A stretch of 64,000 nucleotides of DNA, taken from a virus. Both the position numbers and the translations under genes were made by a program. Shown piece after piece: positions 46,718 to 56,320 of this stretch. The stretch lies in the IMG/VR virus record IMGVR_UViG_3300048999_000191; one strand, given 5' to 3'. The notes under the pieces were generated by a model. The model was not told where the DNA came from. It saw only the letters and a program-made list of their open reading frames with translations, and made no database searches. Position 1 is the first letter of the stretch, and the number at the start of each line of letters is the position of its first letter.

Positions 46718-47266
46718 TTAGATGATTTCCTTGAGGTCCGTCATGACCTCGTACAGCTCCTCGCGGCTTTTCTCCATCTCGGCCGCTAGGTGCCCCTCGG
46801 TGTCCTGCGTCCTCCCCTTGATCACGGCCAGCTCGGTGAGCGTCGAGACCGTGCTGTAGAGGGCGATGCGGGCCGCCAGCGTGACCCGGCCGTCGTCAGT
46901 GGACAGCGAGGTGATGCCGTCCTCCCTGCACGCGTCCACTATGTTCATCGCGCTGTTGAGCGCGTGCTGGACCGGAGTGGGCTTCTCGGGCTCGACCAAA
47001 CCGGCCTTGACCAGCCAGCTGTCCAGCTCGCGCTCGGCATGCGCCTGAGCATCGGCCAGCCTCATCAGCTTCAGGGTCTCCTGCTTGCCATCCACCGTGT
47101 GGTAGGTCAGCGCGTAGGGCAGCTCGTAGTACTCGATCTTCACGCCGTCGTAAGCCCTGGGGTCGCGCGCGGTAAGTCGCAGGGTGAAGAACTTGACCCG
47201 GCCGCGCACGCCCACCCAGGCGTGCTCGCCCTCCAGCTTGCGCCAGCCGATCTTGGGTTCACTCAT
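46718..47266 (-). CDS. Hypothetical protein
   Basis: 182 aa. Confidence 0.65.
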   Translation of the reverse strand: MSEPKIGWRKLEGEHAWVGVRGRVKFFTLRLTARDPRAYDGVKIEYYELPYALTYHTVDGKQETLKLMRLADAQAHAERELDSWLVKAGLVEPEKPTPVQHALNSAMNIVDACREDGITSLSTDDGRVTLAARIALYSTVSTLTELAVIKGRTQDTEGHLAAEMEKSREELYEVMTDLKEII

Positions 47267-47607
47267 GATCGAACCTTCTCTTCCAGGTAGACGTTGCCCT
47301 CCCAGGTCGTGCCGATGCCGTACCGGCCCAGCTCGATCCGCTGGTCTTCGGTCAGGCCGGGGAAACGGGTCAGGTCACGCGCGCTGTTGCGTAGCGCGAT
47401 GCGGGTGCGCTCCGTCGCCGCGTCGATGTGCCGGTCGGCGCCCTGGCGGATGCTGGCATTGAAGCCCCGGTCGAAGAAGCTCAGGAAGCGGCCGAACTTG
47501 TTCCGCTCGTAGTTCGCCTCAAAGCCAGCCAGGGCTCGGGCGAGGATGTCCTGCTGAGCCTGCTCGTTCTCGTTGCGCAGGCGCAGCAGCTCGCGGTAGT
47601 CGCTCAT
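47263..47607 (-). CDS. Hypothetical protein
   Basis: 114 aa. Confidence 0.6.
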   Translation of the reverse strand: MSDYRELLRLRNENEQAQQDILARALAGFEANYERNKFGRFLSFFDRGFNASIRQGADRHIDAATERTRIALRNSARDLTRFPGLTEDQRIELGRYGIGTTWEGNVYLEEKVRS

Positions 47608-47609
47608 GA

Positions 47610-48116
47610 TCAGTTCACCTCTCGCTCGACCTCGACGCCGAGGTCCTCCTGAGCCTGCTGGACGATGTCGATCATCGTGTCCAGGAGGTTGAGCGCTCTG
47701 TAGTACTCGGGGTCCTTGCCCATCTGCTCCAGGGACTTGAGCTGGGCCTTCAGGAACTCGCCGAAGACCATCAGGGCCTGAGTGGCCACGTACCCGGCGC
47801 GCTGCTCGTCGGTCTCGCCGTCCTTGAACCAGCGCACCTCGCTCCGAAGACGCTCAACCAGCTCCTGCGCGAGGGTGTTCTCTTCCTCGTGCTCCTCGGG
47901 CAGCGCGAGGCCCGTCTGCTCCGCGAATTCGGCCAGCACCTTCTCGGCGATCGCGCGCGACTTCGTAACGTTGCCGCAAGTGTGCATCGCACCGGTCCAG
48001 ATGAACTTGAGGCTCCAGTCGGAGCTGTTCGGGGTGGCCAGGAAGGCACTTCGGGTCCCGACCTTGCCGAGCCAGCCGAGCGCGGCGCTCTGGTACTCCC
48101 AGATGATGCGTCCCAT
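47610..48116 (-). CDS. Hypothetical protein
   Basis: 168 aa. Confidence 0.65.
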   Translation of the reverse strand: MGRIIWEYQSAALGWLGKVGTRSAFLATPNSSDWSLKFIWTGAMHTCGNVTKSRAIAEKVLAEFAEQTGLALPEEHEEENTLAQELVERLRSEVRWFKDGETDEQRAGYVATQALMVFGEFLKAQLKSLEQMGKDPEYYRALNLLDTMIDIVQQAQEDLGVEVEREVN

Positions 48117-48118
48117 GA

Positions 48119-48538
48119 TCAGATCTCCTCGGGGGTGTAGGTGACCTGGTAGGTCTTCTGGTCGTAGTCGCTGGTGCCGATGTGCACCCAGGTGCGCGCC
48201 GGGATGTGCTGTTCCGTGCGGCCGTTGACCAGGTACTTCGGCGAGTCGGTCCAGACGGCGTAGCGCTTGTCCCCGCTCGGCGAGGCCACGATCATGCCCG
48301 GGAAGGCCAGCAGGCCACCCTGCACGCGCAGCGCGGTCAGATACGGGTCGCCGTCCTTGGCCAGCTGGATGCTGCGCTGGTTGACGTACATGTGCGCCTC
48401 ATCGGCCAGCGCCAGGGCCTGGGCTTTGTTCTCGGCCGAGATGTAGTAGCCACCCTGGGAGAAGCGCAGGCCGAACATGGTGCCGATCACGTGGGGCAAC
48501 GGGTCGTTGCTCTCGCGGGAGCGAAAGATCTTGGTCAT
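48119..48538 (-). CDS. Hypothetical protein
   Basis: 139 aa; promoter and RBS hairpin. Confidence 0.7.
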   Translation of the reverse strand: MTKIFRSRESNDPLPHVIGTMFGLRFSQGGYYISAENKAQALALADEAHMYVNQRSIQLAKDGDPYLTALRVQGGLLAFPGMIVASPSGDKRYAVWTDSPKYLVNGRTEQHIPARTWVHIGTSDYDQKTYQVTYTPEEI

Positions 48539-48576
48539 TGCGACCTCCGGTGCGGTCTCGAACTGATACGCCCACC

Positions 48577-48592
48577 CTACCTGAATGGGTAG
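48577..48592 (-). promoter_or_regulatory. Palindromic operator in promoter (identical to copy at 15915)
   Basis: ctacctgaatgggtag; TTGCGC-18-TAGGGT. Confidence 0.85.
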
Positions 48593-48821
48593 GGTGGGCG
48601 CAAGGGCTCAGCTACGCGGGAAGGCGCTGATGTACTGCACGGCCACCGCGTCGGTGTCCGGCTGCTCGTCGAGGTCGATGAACGAACTGGTGACCACGTA
48701 GAAGTGGCCGCCGGTCCGGAAGACCGTGCCCTCGGGGAGCAGCGGGTACAGCTCGTGGCGCTCGTCGAAGCCGCCGCCGGGGGTCTCGATGCTGATGTAG
48801 GTGTCGAACATGGTGGCCTCC

Positions 48822-49055
48822 TCAGGCGTCGATGCGCAGGTGCTTGTTGGCGGCGTCGTGGGCCGGGCCCACCGGGATCTCGATCTGGGCGCCGTAGTCG
48901 TAGTGCTCGCCGGGGTCGATGACCATCATGATCACGATCGCCGCACCCTGCTCCTGCACGACCTCCTGCACCTCGAAGCAGGCGTGCAACTCGACGTCGA
49001 TGACGCTGTGGCCCACCAGGTCGGCGGTGGCGGTCTCGGCGGTGAGCATCTGCAT
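48822..49055 (-). CDS. Hypothetical protein
   Basis: 77 aa; promoter and RBS hairpin. Confidence 0.65.
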   Translation of the reverse strand: MQMLTAETATADLVGHSVIDVELHACFEVQEVVQEQGAAIVIMMVIDPGEHYDYGAQIEIPVGPAHDAANKHLRIDA

Positions 49056-49094
49056 CTTGGCCTCCGGTGCGGCTTGGCTGGTGATACCTGAACC

Positions 49095-49110
49095 CTACCC
49101 GTTCGGGTAG
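49095..49110 (-). promoter_or_regulatory. Palindromic operator in promoter
   Basis: ctacccgttcgggtag; TTGACG-17-TAGGGT. Confidence 0.85.
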
Positions 49111-49627
49111 TGTGCGTCAAGCCAGGCAGCAGAAACGGGCGACGGCATCAGCTGCCTGAAGTAGCCGATCGACGGCTTCTTCAGGCCCTGGAACTGGAAC
49201 TTGTCCATCAGCGCCAGCCCCTCGTTCTGCCGCCAGTGCCACAACAGGGTGCGCACGGCCGGGGGCAGGGCACGCCACTCGGTGGTGCCGTGGCGCTCGT
49301 AGAAGCGCCACGTCCACGCGTTGTGCTCCAGCAGCGAGCGCTCACGCAGGGCCAGCAGCACCTCCAGTTCGACCTCATCCGGCGGCGTGGCGATGCGGTG
49401 CTCTGCGGCGCGGCGGAAGTTCTCGTTGGCCTCCTGGGCCGCCTGAGCGGCCGATGCGGCGTCGAGGTGCTTGCACTTCCAGTGGCCCGTCCACAGGTCA
49501 CGCACACCCGCCTCGGTGGGCGTGCGCACGCCGCGCAGGACGTCGAGGTAGCGGTCTTCGATGATCACGGGTCTCTCCCATGCAGCAGAGGGCCGGGGCG
49601 CCATGGGGACGCCCCGGCCGAGGTGGA

Positions 49628-50179
49628 TCAGGCGTTCAGGTCGGCCAGCATCGCCCGGCCGAGGTCGGTCAGGATGACCTGCTGGTAGGTGTGCGTGGTG
49701 GCGTGGACGTTGGCCGGGCGGACGTCGAGCGTGACGGCCTTGAGGTTCGTCAGCTTGCGCAGGGCCTCGCGACGCTCCGTCGAGATCGTGATGGGCATGC
49801 GGCCGATCACCTCGTAGAAGCTGTCCGCCAGCGCGCCGGTGCGATGCACCGTGGTGGTCGCCACCACCGAGCGCAGCGCCCAGGCGAACTCGTAGCTGTT
49901 GCGCTCGCTGATGTGGTTCAGGATGTCCTGGGCCTTGGCCTCGGCGTCGAGCGCGTCAACGACCTCGTCGGCGTCCACGCCGTGCTCGTCGAGCAGCTCG
50001 CGGGCGGTGAGCGAAACGAGCTTCGCGTACTTGAGCACCTCGGCGTGGCCCGACCCGAGAGCGGAGACCAGCTCCTCCAGCTTGTTGCGCTGGACGCGAT
50101 AGAGATTGATCAGGTCCTGCGCGTCCTCGCTCAGCTCGGCGGTCTCGGGCGTGGTGTCGGTGTCGAAGTCGTTCAGCAT
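49628..50179 (-). CDS. Hypothetical protein
   Basis: Start MLNDFDTD fixed by RBS hairpin. Confidence 0.7.
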   Translation of the reverse strand: MLNDFDTDTTPETAELSEDAQDLINLYRVQRNKLEELVSALGSGHAEVLKYAKLVSLTARELLDEHGVDADEVVDALDAEAKAQDILNHISERNSYEFAWALRSVVATTTVHRTGALADSFYEVIGRMPITISTERREALRKLTNLKAVTLDVRPANVHATTHTYQQVILTDLGRAMLADLNA

Positions 50180-50219
50180 CTTGGCCTCCGGTGCGGCGTT
50201 CAGCGGGTATGACACGACC

Positions 50220-50235
50220 CTACCCGTTTGGGTAG
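50220..50235 (-). promoter_or_regulatory. Palindromic operator in promoter
   Basis: cgacc-ctacccgtttgggtag-ggtcg; TTGACC-17-TAGGGT. Confidence 0.85.
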
Positions 50236-50504
50236 GGTCGGTCAAGGGTCAGGAGTGGCCGAGTTGCGCGGCCAGGAACGGCGCCCGCTCGTCTTCGGGC
50301 AAGCAGGTGATCAGGTCACCGATCAGCTTGGGCAGGTCCTCGCGGCTCACGCGCGAGGTCAGCTCGACCTCATGCGCCTCCGTGGTCAAGCGAACTCGTA
50401 CGTCCGCCGTGCCGGGGTCGCCCACCTGCGCTGCCACGCTGGTGGTCACTTCGCTCCGGGCGTGGCGCTCTGTGCGGTCGAAGTAGCTGTCCATGATCGT
50501 CTCC

Positions 50505-50945
50505 TCAGACCAGGTTGACGACGACGGCGCCGTACTTCGTGCCGTCCCACTCGACCTCGAAGCCCTCACCCCGGAAGACCTCCACGAGCGTCTGCGCGGC
50601 CGTCAGGTCCGGGCCGCCGTGGTTGAAGTAGACGACGTGCGCGCACCGCTCCTCGCGCTTCTGGTGGCGACGGCTGCCGGAGAAGCCGTCCTCGTCCTCG
50701 TCGCCATCGCTCCACGGCTCATCGCGGTAGAAGGGCTGGCCGTTGCGCCACACCAACTCGTTGTCCTGGCCGCCGTAGTGGAAGGCGTTCGGCGTGGTCT
50801 TCGCAGCCTCGTCGCTGGGCAGGCCGACGTCCAGGCCGGTGGTGCAGCTGCGGCAGCAGGTCATGACGTTGACCGCCAGGTGGACGCCACGGGCCCGGAC
50901 GCCGTTCACGGCGGCCTCGAACTTGGTCTCGACGTTGGTGAGCAT
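50505..50945 (-). CDS. Hypothetical protein (DUF6891-like)
   Basis: N..CCRSC...GFEVEWDGT. Confidence 0.6.
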   Translation of the reverse strand: MLTNVETKFEAAVNGVRARGVHLAVNVMTCCRSCTTGLDVGLPSDEAAKTTPNAFHYGGQDNELVWRNGQPFYRDEPWSDGDEDEDGFSGSRRHQKREERCAHVVYFNHGGPDLTAAQTLVEVFRGEGFEVEWDGTKYGAVVVNLV

Positions 50946-50947
50946 GA

Positions 50948-51277
50948 TCAGATTCCCATCTCCGCGCGAAGCGCGGCAGTCTGGCGGCTGTAGACGTTGG
51001 CGTAAGCCGTCTGGAGCTGGTAGCGGGCGTTGTCGGCGCTCACCGGGCCGAAGTCGACGAACTCCTGAACGATCTGCTTGGCGTCGCGCAGGGTGTCGGC
51101 GATGTCGGTGCTGGCGATGATCGGCTGACCGACCGCGTGCGTCACGTCCGCCGTGGTCTTCAGCTCACGGACGAGGATGTGCCAGCTCTTGCCGTCCTGG
51201 TAGATCGTGAACTGGTGCGTGTCGCTGCGGGCGAAGTAGGTGCCGGACCAGTCCTGGCGCTTGTAGGTGATCTCCAC
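50948..51277 (-). CDS. Hypothetical protein
   Basis: GTG start after RBS hairpin. Confidence 0.65.
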   Translation of the reverse strand: MEITYKRQDWSGTYFARSDTHQFTIYQDGKSWHILVRELKTTADVTHAVGQPIIASTDIADTLRDAKQIVQEFVDFGPVSADNARYQLQTAYANVYSRQTAALRAEMGI

Positions 51278-51318
51278 GACGACCTCCGATGCGGTCTCTG
51301 TAACTGACAAGACCCACA

Positions 51319-51334
51319 CTACCCGTTCAGGTAG
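51319..51334 (-). promoter_or_regulatory. Palindromic operator in promoter
   Basis: gacccaca-ctacccgttcaggtag-tgtgggtc; TTGACC-17-TAGTGT. Confidence 0.88.
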
Positions 51335-51443
51335 TGTGGGTCAAGTGCCGTGCTCAGGTCAGTGCCGTGGTGACGCTCTCGTCGTCGATCATGGATCCGA
51401 TGTGCAGGTGCGGTGAGCAGGCCGCCAGATACAGGAAAGTTGG

Positions 51444-51605
51444 GGGCGGGCGCACACGCCCAGCGCCGCCCGCCGACCTGGACTGTCCAGGTAATCGGCA
51501 AGGTACGGCGACAAGGGCCCTGAAGGCCTCTCATTTCGCCGTAGAGAGTGCGGAGAGGCTCGGCGCCCCACGAGTCCCTCCGCGTCCCCAGGCACGTCCT
51601 GGGGA
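51444..51605. other. Array of five adjacent hairpins (putative structured RNA or DNA element)
   Basis: IRs at 51444-51471, 51472-51499, 51504-51543, 51550-51583, 51585-51605. Confidence 0.5.
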
Positions 51606-51616
51606 GCTTGTTCGCC

Positions 51617-51826
51617 CTACTTGGGCCGGGTGTAGGGCACCTCGTCGTCGGCGTCGAAGTAGCGCGGGGCGTGCCCGCCATCGGCGTGACGCACGCCGAC
51701 GTAGACCTGGAGCTTGCCGTTGACGGGGTTGACGCCCTCGGACACGGCGTCGGTCAGGATGGTGATCAAGACGTTTCCGTCGGCGTCGCGGTACTCGTCG
51801 CCCGCCTGGAGTTCCTTCGCGAGCAT
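51617..51826 (-). CDS. Small hypothetical protein
   Basis: 69 aa. Confidence 0.6.
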   Translation of the reverse strand: MLAKELQAGDEYRDADGNVLITILTDAVSEGVNPVNGKLQVYVGVRHADGGHAPRYFDADDEVPYTRPK

Positions 51827-51880
51827 GGCTCGCTCCCTTCGTGAGGAGAGGCCGGGGGCGCGAGACCCCCGGCCGGTGGA

Positions 51881-52774
51881 CTACTTGACGGCGTACCACT
51901 CGCGGGCGGTCTTGCCCGCCGCCTTGCGGGCGGCCTCGTCCCGGCGAGCCGGGGCCAGCTTCTTGTCCGCCTTGGTGGCGATCTCGTCGAGCACCTCGGC
52001 CAGCGGGCGGTCTTGCTTGACCGCGATGGCCTTGATCAGCCGCTGCGCGTAGAGCCGCTCGCGCTTGGACATCTCGATCAGCTGCGCCGCGTGGCTCTCG
52101 GTCTCGGCCTGGTCGGCGTAGATGTCGTCGAGGCCGGACTGCTCCAGCGCGTCCACGGCCTTGATCTGCGCGGCGCGCAGGGTCTTGATCGTGTAGCCGT
52201 CGTCGTCCTTGAGCGGCGTGCCGTCCACGTCAGTGATGCCGTTCGCGGCGGCCTTGGCCTGCTTCACGGCGGCGGCGGTCTGGCGAGCCTCACGCTCGGC
52301 GATGCGAGCCGGGGTGTCCACGCGGGCGTCGCGCTTGGCCTGCATGACCTCGACGGGCAGATTCGGGAAGCAGCGGGCGCAGGCGTCCATCCCGGAGAGC
52401 GTGCCCATCTCGTCGTGGTCGGTGCCCGAGAACTGAGTCAACCAGCCGAAGTCGGTGTCGGCGAAGCAGGTGTCGCAACTGGTCGAGGTGTGCACGTGGC
52501 CGTTGCTGTTGAGGACCAGGTAGTAACGGTTCCAGCCGCCACGGCCTCGGTATTCGTCGTCCAGCTCGCCCAGCTCGGTGACCAGCAGCTCCATCTCGGC
52601 GTGGAAAGTCTTGATCTCGGCCTTGGCCTTGGCGATGGAGTCGTCGCTGTAGTTGCACTTCATCACATAGTCGGCACGCATCAGGCCGTGCTTGATCTCG
52701 CCCCGACGGATCATGATGGCGGCGATGCGGGTGTCGATCTCGGCGGGCGAAGCGGTGGCGAGGTTGGCGATCAT
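51881..52774 (-). CDS. Hypothetical phage protein with Zn-binding motif
   Basis: GGWNRYYLV....GHVH....C.TC...CARCFP. Confidence 0.75.
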   Translation of the reverse strand: MIANLATASPAEIDTRIAAIMIRRGEIKHGLMRADYVMKCNYSDDSIAKAKAEIKTFHAEMELLVTELGELDDEYRGRGGWNRYYLVLNSNGHVHTSTSCDTCFADTDFGWLTQFSGTDHDEMGTLSGMDACARCFPNLPVEVMQAKRDARVDTPARIAEREARQTAAAVKQAKAAANGITDVDGTPLKDDDGYTIKTLRAAQIKAVDALEQSGLDDIYADQAETESHAAQLIEMSKRERLYAQRLIKAIAVKQDRPLAEVLDEIATKADKKLAPARRDEAARKAAGKTAREWYAVK

Positions 52775-52821
52775 CTGGGCCTCCGGTGCGGCTCATTCTT
52801 GCTGACAAGAACGACATTACC

Positions 52822-52837
52822 CTACCCATTCGGGTAG
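52822..52837 (-). promoter_or_regulatory. Palindromic operator filling promoter spacer
   Basis: ctacccattcgggtag; TTGACA-18-TAATGT. Confidence 0.88.
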
Positions 52838-52839
52838 TG

Positions 52840-53154
52840 TCAACCGCTGGGCTGCACCGACATGTGCGTGTAGGTCACGCCACCGATCTCGACCCCCTCG
52901 TCCAGCTCGCGCCACGGCGCGCCCTGAGCGGCCTCGTGCAAGCTCAGAACGCCCTGCTGCTGGCGGTCATTGCCGGGGAACCAGAAGGGCACCACAAAGC
53001 CGTTCAGCTCGCGCAAGAGCGGGTTCAGCCGGTGCGGCTCCACGTTGCTCAGGTGCAGGCGAATGTCCGCCAGCGACTGCGGATTGCCCAGGGCCGGAGT
53101 GAGGAACTGGTAGGCGGCCATGAGGCGCTCGGTCAGCTCGGCGTCCATGGTCAT
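52840..53154 (-). CDS. Hypothetical protein
   Basis: MTMDAELTERL. Confidence 0.6.
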   Translation of the reverse strand: MTMDAELTERLMAAYQFLTPALGNPQSLADIRLHLSNVEPHRLNPLLRELNGFVVPFWFPGNDRQQQGVLSLHEAAQGAPWRELDEGVEIGGVTYTHMSVQPSG

Positions 53155-53459
53155 TCGCCCGCTTTCGCGGCACGGCGGGCGGCGATGCCGTTGTCGTCCT
53201 TGAGGGTCACCAGCGCCCGGCCGCCGAGCTGACCCAGCAGGTGGGCCACGTCGTGGAACGCACCAGTCTCGGAGGAGCACGAGGACCACGGGCTGCCGTT
53301 GACCGTGACGCTCCACATCATGCTGCCGAACCTGCGCGAGACCGTGATCTCCGGCGTCTGCTCGGCGGTCGCCGCCTCGTCGAGGATGTCGAGCGGATCG
53401 ATCTCGTGCCGGTATGTGTGCGCGGCCGGGTCCCACTCACCCCAGATTGCGTCGCTCAT
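53151..53459 (-). CDS. Hypothetical protein
   Basis: 102 aa. Confidence 0.55.
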   Translation of the reverse strand: MSDAIWGEWDPAAHTYRHEIDPLDILDEAATAEQTPEITVSRRFGSMMWSVTVNGSPWSSCSSETGAFHDVAHLLGQLGGRALVTLKDDNGIAARRAAKAGE

Positions 53460-53647
53460 CAGAAGTCACCGGCCTGGCTGTGGCCGCCCGCCCAGGCTTC
53501 CGGCAGGAAGCCGTTGCCGGAGAGCCAGTTGTCGAGGCCCTCGACCAGCTCGATGAGGCGCGCGGTGTTCCCCGCGCTCAGCTCGCCGTAGTTGGCGTGG
53601 TCCTCGGTCAGCCTGCGGATCTCGGCCAGTGCAGCGTTGGGGTCCAT
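53459..53647 (-). CDS. Small phage protein
   Basis: MDPNAALAEIR...LDNWLS..GFLP..W. Confidence 0.7.
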   Translation of the reverse strand: MDPNAALAEIRRLTEDHANYGELSAGNTARLIELVEGLDNWLSGNGFLPEAWAGGHSQAGDF

Positions 53648-53923
53648 GTCAAAGCTCCTCGGTCTCGTTGCGGACCTCCTGGACACCTATGGCGATGAGG
53701 TAGGAGGCGAAGTTCTGCCAGTCGCGCGCGATGGCGCGGCCCTTGACGTTGTAGATCCAGCCGTCCGCGTGGACGGTGTAGCCGTGCTCCTGGCCGTACT
53801 GCTTCGCGGCGGCGATCTGCACCGGTGTCGGGTCTTCCTGGGGCGGGAAGGGCCGGATGGCCTCGTTGCTCACGTCAGGCCCCTTTCTGGCGGGGGCTCC
53901 ACCGGGAGCCCCCGCCGGTTGTC

Positions 53924-54820
53924 TCAGCGGATGATGCTGGCCTTGGCGGGCCGCTTCAGGTAGGCAAAGGTCTCGTCGTCGGAGGCCTGCTCGAAGGTGG
54001 CGGTGAAGGCCACCCGGGTGCCCTGCTCGACGTCGGCGATCGCGGCCGGGACGGTGCCCCAGACCCGGGCACCGTTGTCCAGGGTCACGGTCATCACCAT
54101 GCGGACGCCGCCGGTGAAGTCGTTGTCCCGGGTGTCCAGCTTGGTCACGGTGCCCTCGATCGCCACGCGACCCTCGGGGGCCGGACCGGCGTCGTTCTTG
54201 ACGGCCGCGATCTCCGCGTTGCGCTGCTCCTGCTCGGCGAAGCGCTCGTCGAGCTGGGTCAGGATCCGGCTGACGAAGGCCAGCTGCTTCGCGGAGACGT
54301 CGCCGCCATACTGGCGGGCCTTGCGGGCGATGTCGGCGAGCGGACCAACGCCCCAGATGTCCGCACCGGCGGGAGCGGCCGCCTCGATGTTCCAGGCGTA
54401 GGTGGCGTAGGCGAGGTCCTGGTGGGCATCGCAGGCGGCCAGGAAACCGTCCAGCAGCTTGTGCGCCTCGCGGGCGGCCTTGGCCTCGGCCATCATCCGC
54501 TTGACCTCGTCCTTGGCCATCGCGAAGCGACCAGCCAGGCAGTCCGGGCCGACCTCGACCAGCGCGGCCGACGGGTGGTGGAAGAGGACCGCGACGTAGC
54601 GCAGGTGCTGGCCGCAGGCGTCGCACTGGTGGTGCGGGTGGACGAGCACGTAGGGGAAGCCCTCGGTCTCCATCGCGCGGACCGCCTTGCGGCCCCGGCT
54701 GTCGTCGGCGCGGAACGGGCTGGTGTCGGTGTCCAGCACGCCGATGAACTTGTAGTCGGCCGGGTCGAAGTTGTCGTGGTTGGCGGAGTGGATGTCGTGG
54801 CGAGCGATCGTGCTGGTCAT
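53924..54820 (-). CDS. Hypothetical protein with Zn motif and C-terminal OB-fold-like domain
   Basis: CDACG..LRY...VGPDC; GRVAIEGTV...RVWGTVP...V.FTATF. Confidence 0.7.
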   Translation of the reverse strand: MTSTIARHDIHSANHDNFDPADYKFIGVLDTDTSPFRADDSRGRKAVRAMETEGFPYVLVHPHHQCDACGQHLRYVAVLFHHPSAALVEVGPDCLAGRFAMAKDEVKRMMAEAKAAREAHKLLDGFLAACDAHQDLAYATYAWNIEAAAPAGADIWGVGPLADIARKARQYGGDVSAKQLAFVSRILTQLDERFAEQEQRNAEIAAVKNDAGPAPEGRVAIEGTVTKLDTRDNDFTGGVRMVMTVTLDNGARVWGTVPAAIADVEQGTRVAFTATFEQASDDETFAYLKRPAKASIIR

Positions 54821-54868
54821 CGTGGCCTCCGGTGCGGCTCGTTCCGTGCTGACAGGAAGAACTCTACA

Positions 54869-54884
54869 CTACCCATCTGGGTAG
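54869..54884 (-). promoter_or_regulatory. Palindromic operator filling promoter spacer
   Basis: ctacccatctgggtag; TGGACA-18-TAGAGT. Confidence 0.85.
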
Positions 54885-54928
54885 TGTCCATACCCTCTGA
54901 CCTGCGTCTTTCGAACGCTCGCCTGGCG

Positions 54929-55246
54929 CTACACTTCCCGGTAGACGCGCGGGCGCCGCTCCGGACCCACCAGGTCGCCGCAGTCGACGATCCAGACGGG
55001 GCCCTCGGCGGTGCCCGGCCGGATGATGCCCCAGCCGAGGCCGTAAGGGTCGTCCTTCATCACGTGGGTGAGGAAGCGCGCGGCGAGGTAGGGCGCGTCG
55101 TCGTAACGCGTGTCGGACCCGGCGGCCTCGTTGGCCTGGAAAAACTTGATCATGACCTTGCTGACTTCGCTGCCGTAGTAATGCGTGTAGATCGCGGCCT
55201 CGACGCGGTCGAATTCCTTGAAGTGGATCATGCCCCGATCGCCCAT
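54929..55246 (-). CDS. Hypothetical protein
   Basis: MGDRG.I...IYTHYYG...RYDD..YLAARF. Confidence 0.7.
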   Translation of the reverse strand: MGDRGMIHFKEFDRVEAAIYTHYYGSEVSKVMIKFFQANEAAGSDTRYDDAPYLAARFLTHVMKDDPYGLGWGIIRPGTAEGPVWIVDCGDLVGPERRPRVYREV

Positions 55247-55353
55247 GATGGACTCCCTTCGTTGTGGGTGTTTCCGGTGGTGGGTAGACGGCCCCGCCCC
55301 ACCGGAGTGACGGGGGCCGCCGGTCTGTGGTTACAGCTGAGTCAACCCCTGGG

Positions 55354-55995
55354 TCACTCGCCGTTTTCGATCGTCGTTCGGATGGCGGGCAGCGCCTTGA
55401 GCGCGAACCACTCGGCCGGGCCACTCTCGCTCATGTGATACGAGCCGAAGTCCACCAGGCCCTCACGGCCGTCGTGCCACTCGCCGGTGTACTCGTTCTT
55501 CCACTTCCACTCGCAGCCTCGCTGGTCCAGCCAGAGGCCCAGCTCGTGCACGAAGCGCGCGTGCCGGTCCGAGCACGACTCGCCGCGCTCGTTCATGAAG
55601 CTGTAGCCGGTATCGATCGAGACCTCGACGGTGGCCCAGCCGTTCTCCGTGGGGTCACTGGCGACCCACTCCTCGTGCTCGCGCACGTCCTCGGCCGTGA
55701 CCTTGTAACGCTTCTTCGGCAGGTCCCACTTCGCCCAACCGACCTCGGTCTCGCAGGAGTCGGTGTGCACGTGGGTCATCGGGCCATCGGCGCCGTAGTA
55801 CATGATCAGCCAACCGTCGAGATCAATGCCGGGCTCGTGCCACAGGCTCTTCTGGCCCTTGCGATTGCCCTTCTCGACCTCGTCCCGGATCGAAACGTGG
55901 TCCGGGGTGTCGAGCAGCGTCCGGCAGTACAAGAAGATCTCGCGTGCACTCACGGGAGCGACGGCGCGGATCGCGATGCGGGTGTCGAGAGTCAT
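55354..55995 (-). CDS. Hypothetical phage protein
   Basis: MTLDTRIAI...VSIDTGYS; RBS hairpin. Confidence 0.7.
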   Translation of the reverse strand: MTLDTRIAIRAVAPVSAREIFLYCRTLLDTPDHVSIRDEVEKGNRKGQKSLWHEPGIDLDGWLIMYYGADGPMTHVHTDSCETEVGWAKWDLPKKRYKVTAEDVREHEEWVASDPTENGWATVEVSIDTGYSFMNERGESCSDRHARFVHELGLWLDQRGCEWKWKNEYTGEWHDGREGLVDFGSYHMSESGPAEWFALKALPAIRTTIENGE

Positions 55996-56016
55996 GATCA
56001 ATCCTCCAGTGTGGGA

Positions 56017-56265
56017 TCAGGACAGGGCGAAGTTGATCCGACTTTCGGTGACCTCGTACTCGGCCAGCTGCTCCAGCAGCATCTCGCGGAAGTCCGCATC
56101 CGAAGCGGTGTCGACGACCTGACCGTTTTCGATGCCCTGCCACTCGTCACCTTTGCGGATCCAGGCGCACCCCTTGGTCGCGGTCCAGCCGGTCATCTCC
56201 CGAGCCGGAGTGAAGCGGAAGGCGGCCTTGAGCAGGTGTTCGGTGCGGAAGGTGTCGAGCGACAT
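56017..56265 (-). CDS. Hypothetical protein
   Basis: 82 aa; promoter and RBS hairpin. Confidence 0.65.
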   Translation of the reverse strand: MSLDTFRTEHLLKAAFRFTPAREMTGWTATKGCAWIRKGDEWQGIENGQVVDTASDADFREMLLEQLAEYEVTESRINFALS

Positions 56266-56304
56266 TGCGACCTCCGGTGTGGTCCTTGACTGACAAGACC
56301 CACA

Positions 56305-56320
56305 CTACCCGTTTAGGTAG
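56305..56320 (-). promoter_or_regulatory. Palindromic operator in promoter
   Basis: gacccaca-ctacccgtttaggtag-tgtgggtc; TTGACC-17-TAGTGT. Confidence 0.88.

Noticed and set aside
51444-51605. Hammerhead or other known ribozyme
   Set aside because: Could not find the CUGAnGA...GAAA...UH core in the correct arrangement on either strand
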